From assembly GCA_030295235.1 (NCBI GenBank), contig AP026136.1:558001-622000 (forward strand): a stretch of DNA of 64,000 bases, in the 5' to 3' direction. This document shows positions 38,192 through 49,576 of the stretch, piece by piece (position 1 is the stretch's first letter; every line of letters begins with the position of its first letter). The notes under the pieces were generated by a model that saw only the letters and a program-made list of their open reading frames with translations, did not search any database and had not been told where the DNA came from. A program made the position numbers and the translations under genes. The stretch comes from Fistulifera solaris (Eukaryota).

Positions 38192-38258
38192 TGGTGTCTA
38201 AGGAGTTATAACATTTATTTTAGCGATTTACCAGGTATGACCGCGTCATTCCTGTCGT

Positions 38259-39410
38259 TTAGAACAGCGGTAAGAAGTTGACGGCAGCCGAACCAGCCAC
38301 AACGCCAAATAGTGCCAAACCAAACGGATACAACTTCTGGTTGTTGTTTATAGAAACAATGTCAGAGAAGGAACCAACAGTTTCCTTGGCAAACGCCAAA
38401 ATGGCATCTGCCGTTTGATCGGGCTGTTCCAAGTGAGGTACGTGTCCACATTCTTCAATCCACTGCAATCGAGCATCCGGTAGTGACTCCAAAAACTTGG
38501 GAGCAAACTCGGCACCATCCAGAATACCATCTTGTCGTCCCCACAGCACCAGTGTCGGCGCTTGAATCTTGGGAATTTTCGAAGAAGGAGAAAACCCACC
38601 CGATTGCATGAACGAAACCAAAGCATCCGACCAGCCTTCTTGTAAACAGTGTACACGCCCCACGGTGACAGCTTCGTCGGTCGCGTACGTGACTTTATCG
38701 TAATAGGACATTTGATTCGCCGAGCTTCGTAGTGGGATACTTTTTAAAACTCCCACACCCAACTTGGCAATGGGTTTGGGCATGGCCGCCATGGGTCCGA
38801 TGCCGTCCACGAAACCTTGCGCATCAATGAGAACAAGTCCCCGACAAGATTCATTGATGGAAGCCACTTCTATGGCCGCCGCACCACCCAAACTTGCTCC
38901 TGCAAGAATATAGTCTTTTCCTACTACCGTTTTCAGAAACGACTGCAGTGCTTCTATTTTGGCTTGCGCCGAAAAGTTGGTTCCATCCAATTGTGTGAAT
39001 CCCCACCCCAATAAGTCCACCGCGTACGTATCGATGCCTCGTTCGGCCAATCGAGATCCCAAACGGCGGAATTCTAAACAAGATGAATCGAATCCATGTA
39101 TCATGACGACGGGGGGCAAGACGGAACGCTGGGGACTGGGCCAGAACGCGTAGGATATCCCCACTTGACCCGTCGGATGAATGTCGGTCGAAACGGGCAC
39201 GGGTGTGCGTACCATACGACGCGCAGTATCCAAACAAGCTGGTTCCTGAATTCTTGTCATGTCAGGATTCACTGGGACCGTAGTTGGTGGAGCGATGGTG
39301 GCCGACAAGAAAAGTGACGACGATTTATAGGAAAATGTGTCTATTGTCGGAACAAATGCGTCCGTGAACACAGCCGAAGCGCTGAGAAGTGCAACGAGGG
39401 AATTCTTCAT
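38259..39410 (-). CDS. Plastid alpha/beta hydrolase, VTE7-like
   Basis: Signal ending TDA-F; PVVMIHGFDSSCLEFR, AVDLLGWGF, nucleophile GASLGG, WGRQD, CGHVPHLEQP. Confidence 0.8.
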   Translation of the reverse strand: MKNSLVALLSASAVFTDAFVPTIDTFSYKSSSLFLSATIAPPTTVPVNPDMTRIQEPACLDTARRMVRTPVPVSTDIHPTGQVGISYAFWPSPQRSVLPPVVMIHGFDSSCLEFRRLGSRLAERGIDTYAVDLLGWGFTQLDGTNFSAQAKIEALQSFLKTVVGKDYILAGASLGGAAAIEVASINESCRGLVLIDAQGFVDGIGPMAAMPKPIAKLGVGVLKSIPLRSSANQMSYYDKVTYATDEAVTVGRVHCLQEGWSDALVSFMQSGGFSPSSKIPKIQAPTLVLWGRQDGILDGAEFAPKFLESLPDARLQWIEECGHVPHLEQPDQTADAILAFAKETVGSFSDIVSINNNQKLYPFGLALFGVVAGSAAVNFLPLF

Positions 39411-39804
39411 GGTTGATTATTTAGAAGATTCGAGGCAAGCAACAATTTCAGAACAAAGGATAGTCTTTGAAGCCTTTCTTATTTGTTGCGTTCTATGTTA
39501 GCCGTTTTTGTTTTTCGTCATCGTCATTCCTTTTTTTTTCTTTCCTCGTGCCGATTCTCATTGTTAGTCGGACCATCATTCACAGTGTACATGACACAGC
39601 TATACTATCAGAAACCCCATCCCAAACCACTCAAACCCAACCAGTCACGAACGAAAGCGAGTGACGAATGACGTAGAGCCATCGCTTCCGATTAAAAAAA
39701 GCAAACGATCGCGAGATTCGGTCTCCAAGTTCAACTTCTGCGTCGTGTACCTTTGTCATCGTTTTTGTTGTTATTTAAAAATTCAACCAACCAAGCAGCT
39801 CCAA

Positions 39805-40521
39805 ATGAAATTCTACACTATCACTCTTTTGGTTTCCGGCGTGACCGCCTTTTCCCCGGCACCTTTCGGAAAACGATGCACGGCCCTACACGCCGAAATC
39901 CGACCTCCGACCGAAAAGGCCGAAACACTTCGTTTTGGTTGGGATGGAACTACCGCTCTCGGGGGTGCGGTAGAAGTCGCCAAACCGGCGCGTATGCTGG
40001 ATGAAATTCGAGCGTCTGGAGAAATGATTCCGGACGAATGTGAAGTCTTCAATGCGAACGTCGAAATGAATGCGGACGATCTCAAATTCGAAGACGTGAT
40101 TGCGATGATCGATACTTACTATGAAAGTCAGATTTTGGAGTTCAAGAATGGTGATATGGTCAACAAGCCCGGTGAAAATGAGGGATCCGCCAAAGTTCTT
40201 TCGTATGCGGCCTTGAGTGGGTTGGACAAGGAAACGACATTGAAATTGTGGGGTCAGTATTACCGAGAGGTGTTGGCTGATCCCAAAGGAGATTCGCACC
40301 AGAATATTCGTAACTTTATGAAGTATGGATGGGAAGGTGTCCCCTTTGAAAATGGAATTGCGTTGACTCGTAAGCAAGTCGGTGAAGGTGAATGGGACTG
40401 GGTGAGTGAATGTCTGATGTTCTCGCTGAAGACGTGATGTTTGTGTATCAATACTTGTTGAAACTCATTCTAACTGCTTGTTCCTTTTCTGACACAGGAT
40501 GCCGAATCGTGGATTCCTTAG
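39805..40521 (+). CDS. HopJ-family domain protein, plastid-targeted
   Basis: Signal MKFYTITLLVSGVTA-F; FEDVIAMID..F.NG..N.PGENEGSAKV..WGQYYR.VL..P.G.SHQNIRNFMKYGWEGV. Intron 40402-40497. Confidence 0.85.
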
Positions 40522-40655
40522 AGATTATTTATTCCTAGGAAAATCGTCTATCTTTTGGTGCAATATATTCTGCGTCTACAGCCAGATGTTTGGTCTTTTG
40601 CACGGCGACGAAAGTATTATTTACAGCGCAATCTATCTTTTACGTGTATCGTTGT

Positions 40656-41320
40656 CTATTGAATCAATGTAATCGAGTCTGGACCAGGTTTTACTTTACC
40701 AGCCTTGTACAGGTTTGCAACAGCTCGTTTGAATGAACTTTTACTCACTCCAGGAAATTCTCGGGCAACCACTTCCGGCGGTGATTTGTCTCCAACCTCC
40801 AAAACTCCTCCGTTGGAGCGTTGCAAGCGTTCTAAGATTTGCTGTGACACCTCATCCGCCTTGGCTTGCCCTCCATATGCTCTCAGCGAAATATCAATTC
40901 GTCCATTGTCACGAACACGTTCGACGTATGCCGGTAAAATCTCTCCTCGTACGACATCCACATTTTGTCGACCTTGTCGGAAGAATGCAATTTCTTTTGC
41001 AAAATCAATCCTCGTCCCAGCGCTGGTTGATCTTCCGATATAAGATCGTCTTGACCATGTCCGCGGCCGATCACTTCGACACTCGCACCCAAAGGCCCAA
41101 AACTAATGATTTCAACTTGAATTTTTTCTCCTGATTGAAACGATGGAGTAATTTTTGTTGTGTCGTTACTGAAATATAATCGACGAGTAGGAAGAACTGG
41201 CCATCGTTGGATGGTAGTAGTTGGAGCATATGGGGGCCTCGTCAGTGACTTTCGTGCAGTAAATGCTAGACAACGGGAACCAGCGAAAGCAAGAGCGATG
41301 GAAGTTGCCATATTCTTCAT
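40656..41320 (-). CDS. CvfB-like S1 + winged-helix RNA-binding protein, organelle-targeted
   Basis: YVERVRDNGRIDISLR (S1) and GDKSPPE....FPGVSKSSFKRAVANLYKAG (CvfB winged helix). Frameshift near 40997; N-terminal targeting-like peptide. Confidence 0.8.
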
Positions 41321-41937
41321 TGCGTAGAAACTATTTGCTTAAACAATCCTACGAACAGGAACTATTCGTTCGTTGTCAACGAAAAAATAGAATATCCTTC
41401 GTATCCACACAAGATGGAGGGGCTTTAAACAAGTAAGGTTACTACGTACGACGGACAGTACGCTCTTCACTCTTTACATTCTTAATTGAAATGACCTCTC
41501 TCGCTTAAGAATAGAATATCCTTCAGTACCTTTGCGTCGGATGTTACTACCAGGTACATGTACTGTACTTGTATTGGTACTTGTATGTTTTTGACGGTCC
41601 TGTAATTCTGTTCTCATCTGTCCGTCTGTACCAGTACGCTCGTCCGTGCGCTGTCAGTTTACCTATTGGGGCTGTTGCGCTGCGTGCTGCGCATCTGCCA
41701 TTAACCTTGATACCTGGTAGTGTCGTCTGGATTAATTTCTTGACGATAATAATTATCGACTCATCCTGCTTTTCCTGCCAGTTTTCTATCCTGAAACTCT
41801 ATTCAATATCAAATTTTAGACGGCAGCTGATTCAGTCGGAGTGGAGAACAAGTGTCGTATGCTGTGCGTTCTTTGGGGGTCTTTTTCATCCTTTTCGGTT
41901 TTGAGCGCTCGAGCCGCCCTCTTTATTCAGAAGAACC

Positions 41938-43830
41938 ATGAATAATAGGGATTACAAGTACACGTGGCATCTCTCACTCCGAACGGATCGACCGGTGGAG
42001 GGATGTGTTATGAAACCACACGCGTACATGTACGGAAAGAAGTTAGATGAGCGCGATATGGACAAGCCGCTAGCTCCGCATTCGAAAAAGATGCGAGAAC
42101 CACCACCGCAGCATGAGTTTTCGTTCCGATGGTTCAGAGGACCGCTTCATGAAGCGTGTGCGTATGAAGGATGCCCAAGGAGAACATCGTTTTTACCGCA
42201 CGACTGGTCAAAACATGCTTTAGGCGGTACGGACTGCACCTTGCAATGCGTGTCAACGCAGAGCTCATTGTACAAGGCTATCTTTTGTAATTCAGATTGT
42301 TTTGTGAATGCCTGGAAAACGCAGTATACGGTCCCTAAAGAAGCTGTTAGTAGTAGAAACAATACACCCATGAGATCGCGCTCTACTTCCGCCGGAAGTA
42401 TGGACGAAGACTACATGAATTTTGATGATGCCGAGAGCACGAGATCGAGTGGATCGAAAAGTCCTACGTACCACGCACAAAACGAAATCAACAATAACCA
42501 CGGAACACCTAGAGGTTTTCTAGGTGGTTATACCGGATCGAGCCACAATCCTTACAACAACAATCCCGCCGGTGAGTTCTTGAGCGGGGATGATTGGATC
42601 GAAATTTCGCGAGACCAGCTGTACGTTCCAGGTCCGGATGATGTCGGAAGAAAGCTTAAACTTGAAGCAGCAGCTTATTCACTTGATACGGGAGAGCTAT
42701 TGATGTCGCGAGTGGTAAAAACCGACGTGGTTTTAGCGCGGGCGCCGGATCCGGCGAAACGAAATTTGGTGACGGCTAAGGCCATGAGCGGAGGAGGGCC
42801 TCGATTCCGCGTAGTATCATACAATGTATTGGCAGAAATCTACGCAACTCAGCAGCAGTATCCATACTGCGACTTCTGGGCTCTATCTTGGGACTATCGC
42901 TTCCAGAATATTTTGCGAGAGATCCTGGACGCTGCGCCGGAAGTTATATGTCTTCAAGAAATCCAAGCAGACCATTACGAAAATCATGTTTATGCGGCGA
43001 TGAGTGATGCCGGGTTTGAGGGCGTTTTCAAACAAAAGACTAGACAGTCCATGGGCTTGGCTGGTAAGGTTGATGGCTGTGCCTTGTTTTGGCGCAGAAA
43101 TAAGTTCCATTTGGTGGAATCTTACAGCATTGAATTCAATGAAGTTGCACAACGACAAGCTACACAAGTCTTGGGTCTCAACCCACGCAGCGAGGAAGGG
43201 GCTGCATTTATAAACCGTTTATCGAAAGATAATATCGCTCAGCTAGTCGTGTTGGAATTCATTCAGAATACCTCACGGCCCAGCAGAGAGATCAATCAGA
43301 TCTGCATTGCCAACACGCACTTATACAGCAATAAAGATTTCCCAGATGTAAAGCTTTGGCAGATTTGGCAGCTTCTGCAAGAACTTGAGTCATTTATCAT
43401 GAGTAGAGGGTCGAATCTCCCCCTCGTTATCTGTGGCGATTTCAACTCTACTCCCGATACAGCTGTGTATGATCTACTTTCCCGTCAGTCTGTGCATCCT
43501 GGTCACCCTGATTTGAATATGGCCAACAGTGAGGACATCCCTAATGTTCTCCCAGATGCTATGAATATTAATCACTCGTTTCAGCTTGGTAGCGCGTACC
43601 AGACCATTCTGGGTGATGAGCCATGGGTGACGAACTACACGGTCAATTTTAAAGGCACTCTTGATTATATCTGGTACTCCGCTCAAAACTTGCGGCCACT
43701 TTCGGCTGCTCCAGTACCAGACGAAGAGAGGTTGACATTGCATGGAGAGGCATTGCCGTCCACTGAGTTCAGCTCAGACCATATCATGCTGATCTCGGAC
43801 ATGCAAATTATAGGTGGCGGTACAAGGTAA
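41938..43830 (+). CDS. CCR4: CCR4-family deadenylase (EEP domain, plant-type N-terminus)
   Basis: VSYNVLA, ICLQE, DGCALF, NTHL, CGDFNS, LDYIWY, SDH. N-terminal Cys motif FCNSDCF..AW. Confidence 0.92.
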   Translation: MNNRDYKYTWHLSLRTDRPVEGCVMKPHAYMYGKKLDERDMDKPLAPHSKKMREPPPQHEFSFRWFRGPLHEACAYEGCPRRTSFLPHDWSKHALGGTDCTLQCVSTQSSLYKAIFCNSDCFVNAWKTQYTVPKEAVSSRNNTPMRSRSTSAGSMDEDYMNFDDAESTRSSGSKSPTYHAQNEINNNHGTPRGFLGGYTGSSHNPYNNNPAGEFLSGDDWIEISRDQLYVPGPDDVGRKLKLEAAAYSLDTGELLMSRVVKTDVVLARAPDPAKRNLVTAKAMSGGGPRFRVVSYNVLAEIYATQQQYPYCDFWALSWDYRFQNILREILDAAPEVICLQEIQADHYENHVYAAMSDAGFEGVFKQKTRQSMGLAGKVDGCALFWRRNKFHLVESYSIEFNEVAQRQATQVLGLNPRSEEGAAFINRLSKDNIAQLVVLEFIQNTSRPSREINQICIANTHLYSNKDFPDVKLWQIWQLLQELESFIMSRGSNLPLVICGDFNSTPDTAVYDLLSRQSVHPGHPDLNMANSEDIPNVLPDAMNINHSFQLGSAYQTILGDEPWVTNYTVNFKGTLDYIWYSAQNLRPLSAAPVPDEERLTLHGEALPSTEFSSDHIMLISDMQIIGGGTR

Positions 43831-43857
43831 AAATAACAGAAAAGGCGTTTTCTGAAT

Positions 43858-45386
43858 TCACATCTGTCGTCCCAACAGGCTGCTGTAGTCGTATCCCCCT
43901 TCCGTCTCTAGTGTTTCCACCACTTTCAGGAAATCTTTCAGCAGGAGCATGTGCTCAGGGCCATTTCCTTTGTATACTAGCTTTGTTCTCCCGCTTGGAC
44001 TTCTTTCAGAATTGGCAGTTATGACTGGATTTCCATTTAGTAGCACTCGAACAACGTAGGCGCTGTCATAATCTGCAGGATCCATCTCTTCATGATCACT
44101 TATCCGAACGAGCTCGAAAATAAGGTGGCTACCATATTTTGGCCAAAATCTCCATTGCGACTTCTCGTCATCGGCAAGAAAATCAGCTCCAATGCCATAC
44201 AACAGTCCAAGAATGGTAATATCATGACAACTGTAGACAACAAAGGATGCTTTTGCCTTCCCCGTAAGTCCGGCGTCGCCGCAATTTGATCGGCAATTTC
44301 TCTCAGTGGCGGTGCTGCGATAACGGCCAGCAGCTTTTTGTTCTTATACCATTGTCTAAATCTCCATGCTAAATGCGTGAGTGTCTGATGCGCCATGGCT
44401 GCCAGTGTCTGCTCGACTTGATCGTCGTGTTCAAACTCGGTGAATTTGGAGAGTCGAACGCCATGTGCTGCTCTACAAATGAAATGATCCGCTGCTTCTA
44501 TCCAGTTGATACCACTGGGCGACAGCGTGCTGAAGTCTTTGACATTGCGGCGGGCTAGGCCCGGGATGTAATTGGCCAAACGCGCTGCCAATGGAGCTGC
44601 ACTGGAATCTCGCTTGAAGAATTCTTCGCATTTCATCACCTCTGCCACCAAATCCGCAATAATGTCTGGGTTACGATCGAACGCATTCAATGGATCGTTG
44701 CTAACATCGCGGACCTGTATTTTGACTAACGGCGTTTCGCTGTTTGATTTCCATGAGTGATTTGGCACGCGTCTTTCCTTGGTGACTTTACTATCGAATT
44801 CTCGCAACTTTTCCCCAATCTTCAGTAGGCCCGTCCCTAATAACCCATCCAAGAAGCTTTGGACTGATAGTATAGTCCTCAAATAGTTGGTAGAATAGGC
44901 GGAGACATCCCAAACGGACAAGAAGTCCGTTGCGACCCCTCTTCTCCATTCTTTCATATCCGGAAAATGGTGACCATGCTTGTTGTATCGATCGAATATC
45001 TTTCTCCCATTCTCATTCAACTGTTCTAAACCACTCTGCGTCAGAAATCCGAAAGGATTCCTGGATGTGTCAATAAATTTTCCCTGATTGAAACCAGGAT
45101 GAATATCGATCGGAAAGCATTTGGAAAACGCTTCGAACGCGGCCGCCGAATCCGGAGAACACGGCATGCGCGTCATCCAAAAAGCGGCTTCGTCGTTCAC
45201 TTTGTGTTCCGGAGACAAACAACGGCCCGGAACACGGTCTCCATGACGCGTGAAGATCCATACTCCTTCTACCACACCGTCTGTGTGCAAATAATCCTTG
45301 TCGGGATAGCCGTACGAAGAAAGATACCGAAAGCGAGCTGGACGCATACGCATTCTACAATGATGAAATCGGCTTCGTGGTATCAT
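43858..45386 (-). CDS. Histidine acid phosphatase (clade 2)
   Basis: RHGDRVP, G.LT..G, STNYLRT..S. The second catalytic motif YSCHDIT is restored across a frameshift near 44243. Confidence 0.85.
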
Positions 45387-45682
45387 TTGTGTGTAATCAA
45401 AGATAAAGTATTGTCGAATATATATTCCGAAACTGGCCTTTTTCGATGTTTGGTAGGAAATAGTCGACGAAAGAACAGGAAGAATGTGTAGAGGGGGCAA
45501 CAAGAAAGAATCTCGTCTGCTGTCGAAAGATGCAACCATAATGAAAAAACATGTTTTATAGAATTAATTCTGTGTCGCACCAACACTATCAGTTGCTAAG
45601 GGTTGCTGCTTTGCTAATGCTGCTCTTGGCTTAAAGTGCACGAGAACCTTCGAAAAAATCTATTATCAAATTTATTTACCAT

Positions 45683-46979
45683 TCAAACAATTCTAGTCTC
45701 CACGGCGATCTGATTGGACGTTGGAGAGGAAGAATTGCCACCTCCCGACTCTCGACTGGGTGCATTCGGAGAAGTCTCCATTTCTATAGCATCATTTTGC
45801 TGCTGTTCTTCGCGACGTTCCACAGCATAATACACGGATTTGGGTTTGAAATAAATGGCCGTCAACCATCCAAAAAGGTACGGAATTATCGAAAAGATCA
45901 AAATTGGGAACCAGCGACGATTGGAGTGGATTTTCACCGTCACAGCTTGCGTGCTGGTCGGATTCCTATTCTTGTCGGCCTGTATCAGTAAGCAGCTTCC
46001 CTTGTCGGGTCGATGGACAATACATGGTTGACTTTCACTGAGCTTGTTGCATTGAGGGTCGTATTTTTTTAGATCGTAGGTGGTCATCACGACGTCATAC
46101 TGCGTCGACAAATCGGAAGGATTGGTAGCTGATGGGTTATCGTAAACGAGTGTGTAAACGTCGCTTTGTTTGACTGTGTACGATACAGTGGCGTTTTCAC
46201 CTTCCGTGATAGAGGCCTCCTCGACACTGTCAATACCAAAAGGGTCATCTTCCGGTCCAGGACTTTGCAGTCGTCTCAGAGCATTCTTGCCTTCTAGTAT
46301 ATACAGTGTGGTAGATCCCTGTTTTTGTGTAGCATTCATGGAAATCGAAGACCCCGTGTTGAGGTAAAAGTAATCGTACTGATATTCTTCGGGACTCAAA
46401 TGAAAGACGCGGGATTCTCTCACCACCAGCGGAGGCCCAGTAAGAGGTGGACAAGATGCCAACGAATACACCACCGCATTCAATGGAAGTCGAGACGTGC
46501 TGCGCGTAGCCTTGACCGTAATTTGACGACTCAAAATGGGTGTTTCGATTCGCCGCGTTTCGCCAGCGTTCAACGTCCACGTTGTATTGATTCCCGACAA
46601 AGCCAGCAATATGATCATCACGATAATTGACACACAGAGTCCGATGCATCTAAAATTCGCGGTTCTTCTCTGCTTGCTTGCTGGAATATCATGACCCACA
46701 TTCGATGAGATATTTAACGAAAAGATGCGATCAAATCCTTCATCGTCGTCATCGTCAAAATTGTGTTGGCTCACGCGGCGCCCCCGCAACAAAAAAATTG
46801 TCATCGGCAAAATCCCGCGTGAAAGATGGATGATTTGATGACGATTCGCCGCTGTAATTAGATTCTTCACTGCGGGTTCGTCGGTGACGGCCGGGGACAG
46901 GCGACGAGTGCTCCGCCGCGATCTCATCACTGCTGTGGCTCTGGTTGTAAATTGGTCGGCGTTGATGTTTCCTCGACAT
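45683..46979 (-). CDS. Two-TM protein with APD1-4-like (DUF4793) luminal domain, no RING finger
   Basis: TM, then WTLNAGETRRI..CPPLTG..EEYQYDYFYLNTGSSI..VYTLVYDN..YDL, then TM. Start ORF 46979-46755 is joined by a frameshift near 46765. Confidence 0.6.
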
Positions 46980-47503
46980 GCTCTTCAGTGATGAAGTCGC
47001 AATACTAACCCAATAATGTTATGGTGAGCATAGATAATGTTTTGAAAGAATAATAAGCCGTACGAAAATAGAAAGCAAGCATTGATTTGTGCTTGGAAGA
47101 CGGCCGTTGCAAAATATCGCTCGTTTGGCAAAGCTTTTCAAAACGTGATACTGTCTCACTGCTAAGATAGTACGGCGCACTTCATACCATCATTCTCTGG
47201 TTTCACTCAAGGATCCTAGCTAACTTATTCGTCGGCTCTAGTCTACAGATCACAGATCTCATCATAACATAAATCACTCTGCTTTATCCTTTTCACGTGA
47301 TCAATATCCCTAGTGGTTCGTTGCCATTCAGGCATTCAGGTGATGCGAAACAAGCGACTCAGCTTCTGCGTCAGCTGGCTGGTTTCATCATCATCATCTC
47401 GAAGAAAATCCAAATTGGGTTCGGTCTCGAGCATAGAGCACATAAGCTACAAATCAAAACCTGTTCTAAAACCACACTATTGTTACTTTAAAGTGGCGTC
47501 TAT

Positions 47504-48309
47504 TCATTCGTCTGTCGATACTGGGTTGATTTTTAAGCTCCCCCTTCGAATAAAAATATCTCGTACTCCTTCCAATCGTGGCCCAGTATGTCGTGCAATG
47601 CGCAGGTCCCCGTCTAAATACGTTGTATCAATGGCATGGTCGGCGGGATCGAACATTTCTTTCGGCATGGCGCGGTGTAACAATCCCACCAGGGCGGGTA
47701 CGTCCTTGGGTATCTTGGTTCCTTTCGCTGGCTTTAAGATGTGTTCGTCGAGATTCAGTATCATCCTAGCTCCTTGATTTATTTTGTAGCTACAATCCAC
47801 CGTAAATGTCCCCGAGCATTCGAAATGTCCATCCCCCTGTTCGGCCAAATCCCAAGTAGCCTCATTGATCAGTTTCCCTTCCAACTTATGGCACTCGATT
47901 CGCTGGAAAAGTTCTCGCAGTCGAAACTTTGCAGGATTCGGTGTACCGGAAAGGTTCGTGCTAAAAGGAGTTGCCATTCTCCCTGCAAAACAAGATTTAA
48001 AAAGTCCAAGGTCTGCGCCGGTTGATAATTCGCTTCCAAATTGTTGACCAGTGCTTCGACAGTACGGAACTCTTCTTCTTTTCCGGTCATGCGAGGAAGT
48101 AAATCAAGTAATTTTTCTTTGGATTGGGCGACGGACAATGTCAACCCGTCTACCGCATTCTTTTTTTCGACCGTCACTCCGAAACCTGGGCCGATGGTGG
48201 CCGCATTTTGTGGTGACAGGCTACTTTGGGAGGATCGGCCCAGCTGTACAAAGGCATTCGACGCATTGCTCCATAGCAGAGCACCAACAGTGAATTGAGC
48301 GATTTTCAT
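47504..48309 (-). CDS. PAP/fibrillin family plastid lipid-associated protein
   Basis: Signal ending SNA-F; V..LE..Y....L.GEWQL; IDTTYLDGDLRIAR. Frameshift at an A run near 47965. Confidence 0.85.
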
Positions 48310-49576
48310 TGTTTTTTTTTTTTGTTTTTTTTTGCTCCCTTGTTGTGTTAATCCACATCTTTGTTGAACCGATCAGTGTATTTACTCCGTATTTTTTTTT
48401 CCAAGAATACGTCGTGGCTTTTGGTCGTCGTTCGAAAGGTACCAGTAACGTTTGATGGTTGTGGATTCACACTCTGTGTCGTATAGTACCGGTACTCTCC
48501 GGTTGCACGATATGACGCGATAGCAACACGTAAGCGAAGCGGATCGGTTGACTGTCTGACCACGGAAGACTTGGTAATGATGATGACAGGGTTAGGTAAG
48601 GGAAGTAAAAATAGCTCTCTACTGGTAGCTCAGCGCAGCAGAATGTCGCCTATCTTCTTTTGTCATTGAGACATTGAGATGCATTTCCTGAAATGTGGAT
48701 CATCGAACCAGTGTCAAGAAGGGAGTTACTTCGAAAAGCTGATGGACAAGGGTATCGCCTGTTTTCTGGATCACTGTACTTTTAATTCGAACAAATCAAC
48801 AGTCTTCCGCAGCATTGATTTTCTTCCTCGCATGCGCAGGACGGGGCGGGAAATTGTGTTCTTTCGCGTAGGCCCCCGTAGAGAAATGTACCAAGCAGAG
48901 GTGCGTTCCTGTGTCTCCCAGAGGAGTCAAGGAAACGCACGGTTCGTAGTTCGTTCCCGTGGTCAAATAATGTCGAATTCTGTGCTAACGCGGAGTTGTG
49001 CGGGAGCGTCGGAGTGCGCATTTATTTCGAAGGACAATTTCGTTAAGGGATTCAATGGATCAAGGACTCCATTTTGTGCGTCCGACGCGGAGTGGAGTAG
49101 ATTTTTCTTTGAAAACCCATTCCACTCTACAAATAGGTGTACTTGGAAGTTTAAAATGACTACAAACACGTTTAGTCTCATCAGACACTATTGGCTGTTG
49201 TGATTGCAACGGCGTACAATTTTGTAACAACGATTTCCTCCCTTCTAAAAATCGACATGACGTGGTTTCATTTTGACGATCTGGACGACCTTTTCCGCCA
49301 CTCAACTGGTTGTGGTTATAGTGCAGAACTACTTCCTCGTATGTTCGGTACACTTTCATTCTATTGTGGCGTGATCAGCCCCGCGCCCCTCGCAATTGAC
49401 GACATCACGGATCATGCATGGCAACGAGCACCGATTCCTTTCCATTCCTTTGACTGCAAGGGGGGATGAGGGATGGATCAAGATTTCGAACGATTGTGAC
49501 ACACAGAATGCAGCTCTCCGTCACAAACATGTGGAATATTCAACGCAATTTATCCGAATCATCTCTCATTGAGAAG

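Noticed and set aside
48679..49469. Overlapping short ORFs between fibrillin and DGAT2
   Set aside because: Possibly a decayed gene, but no family could be recognised on either strand.
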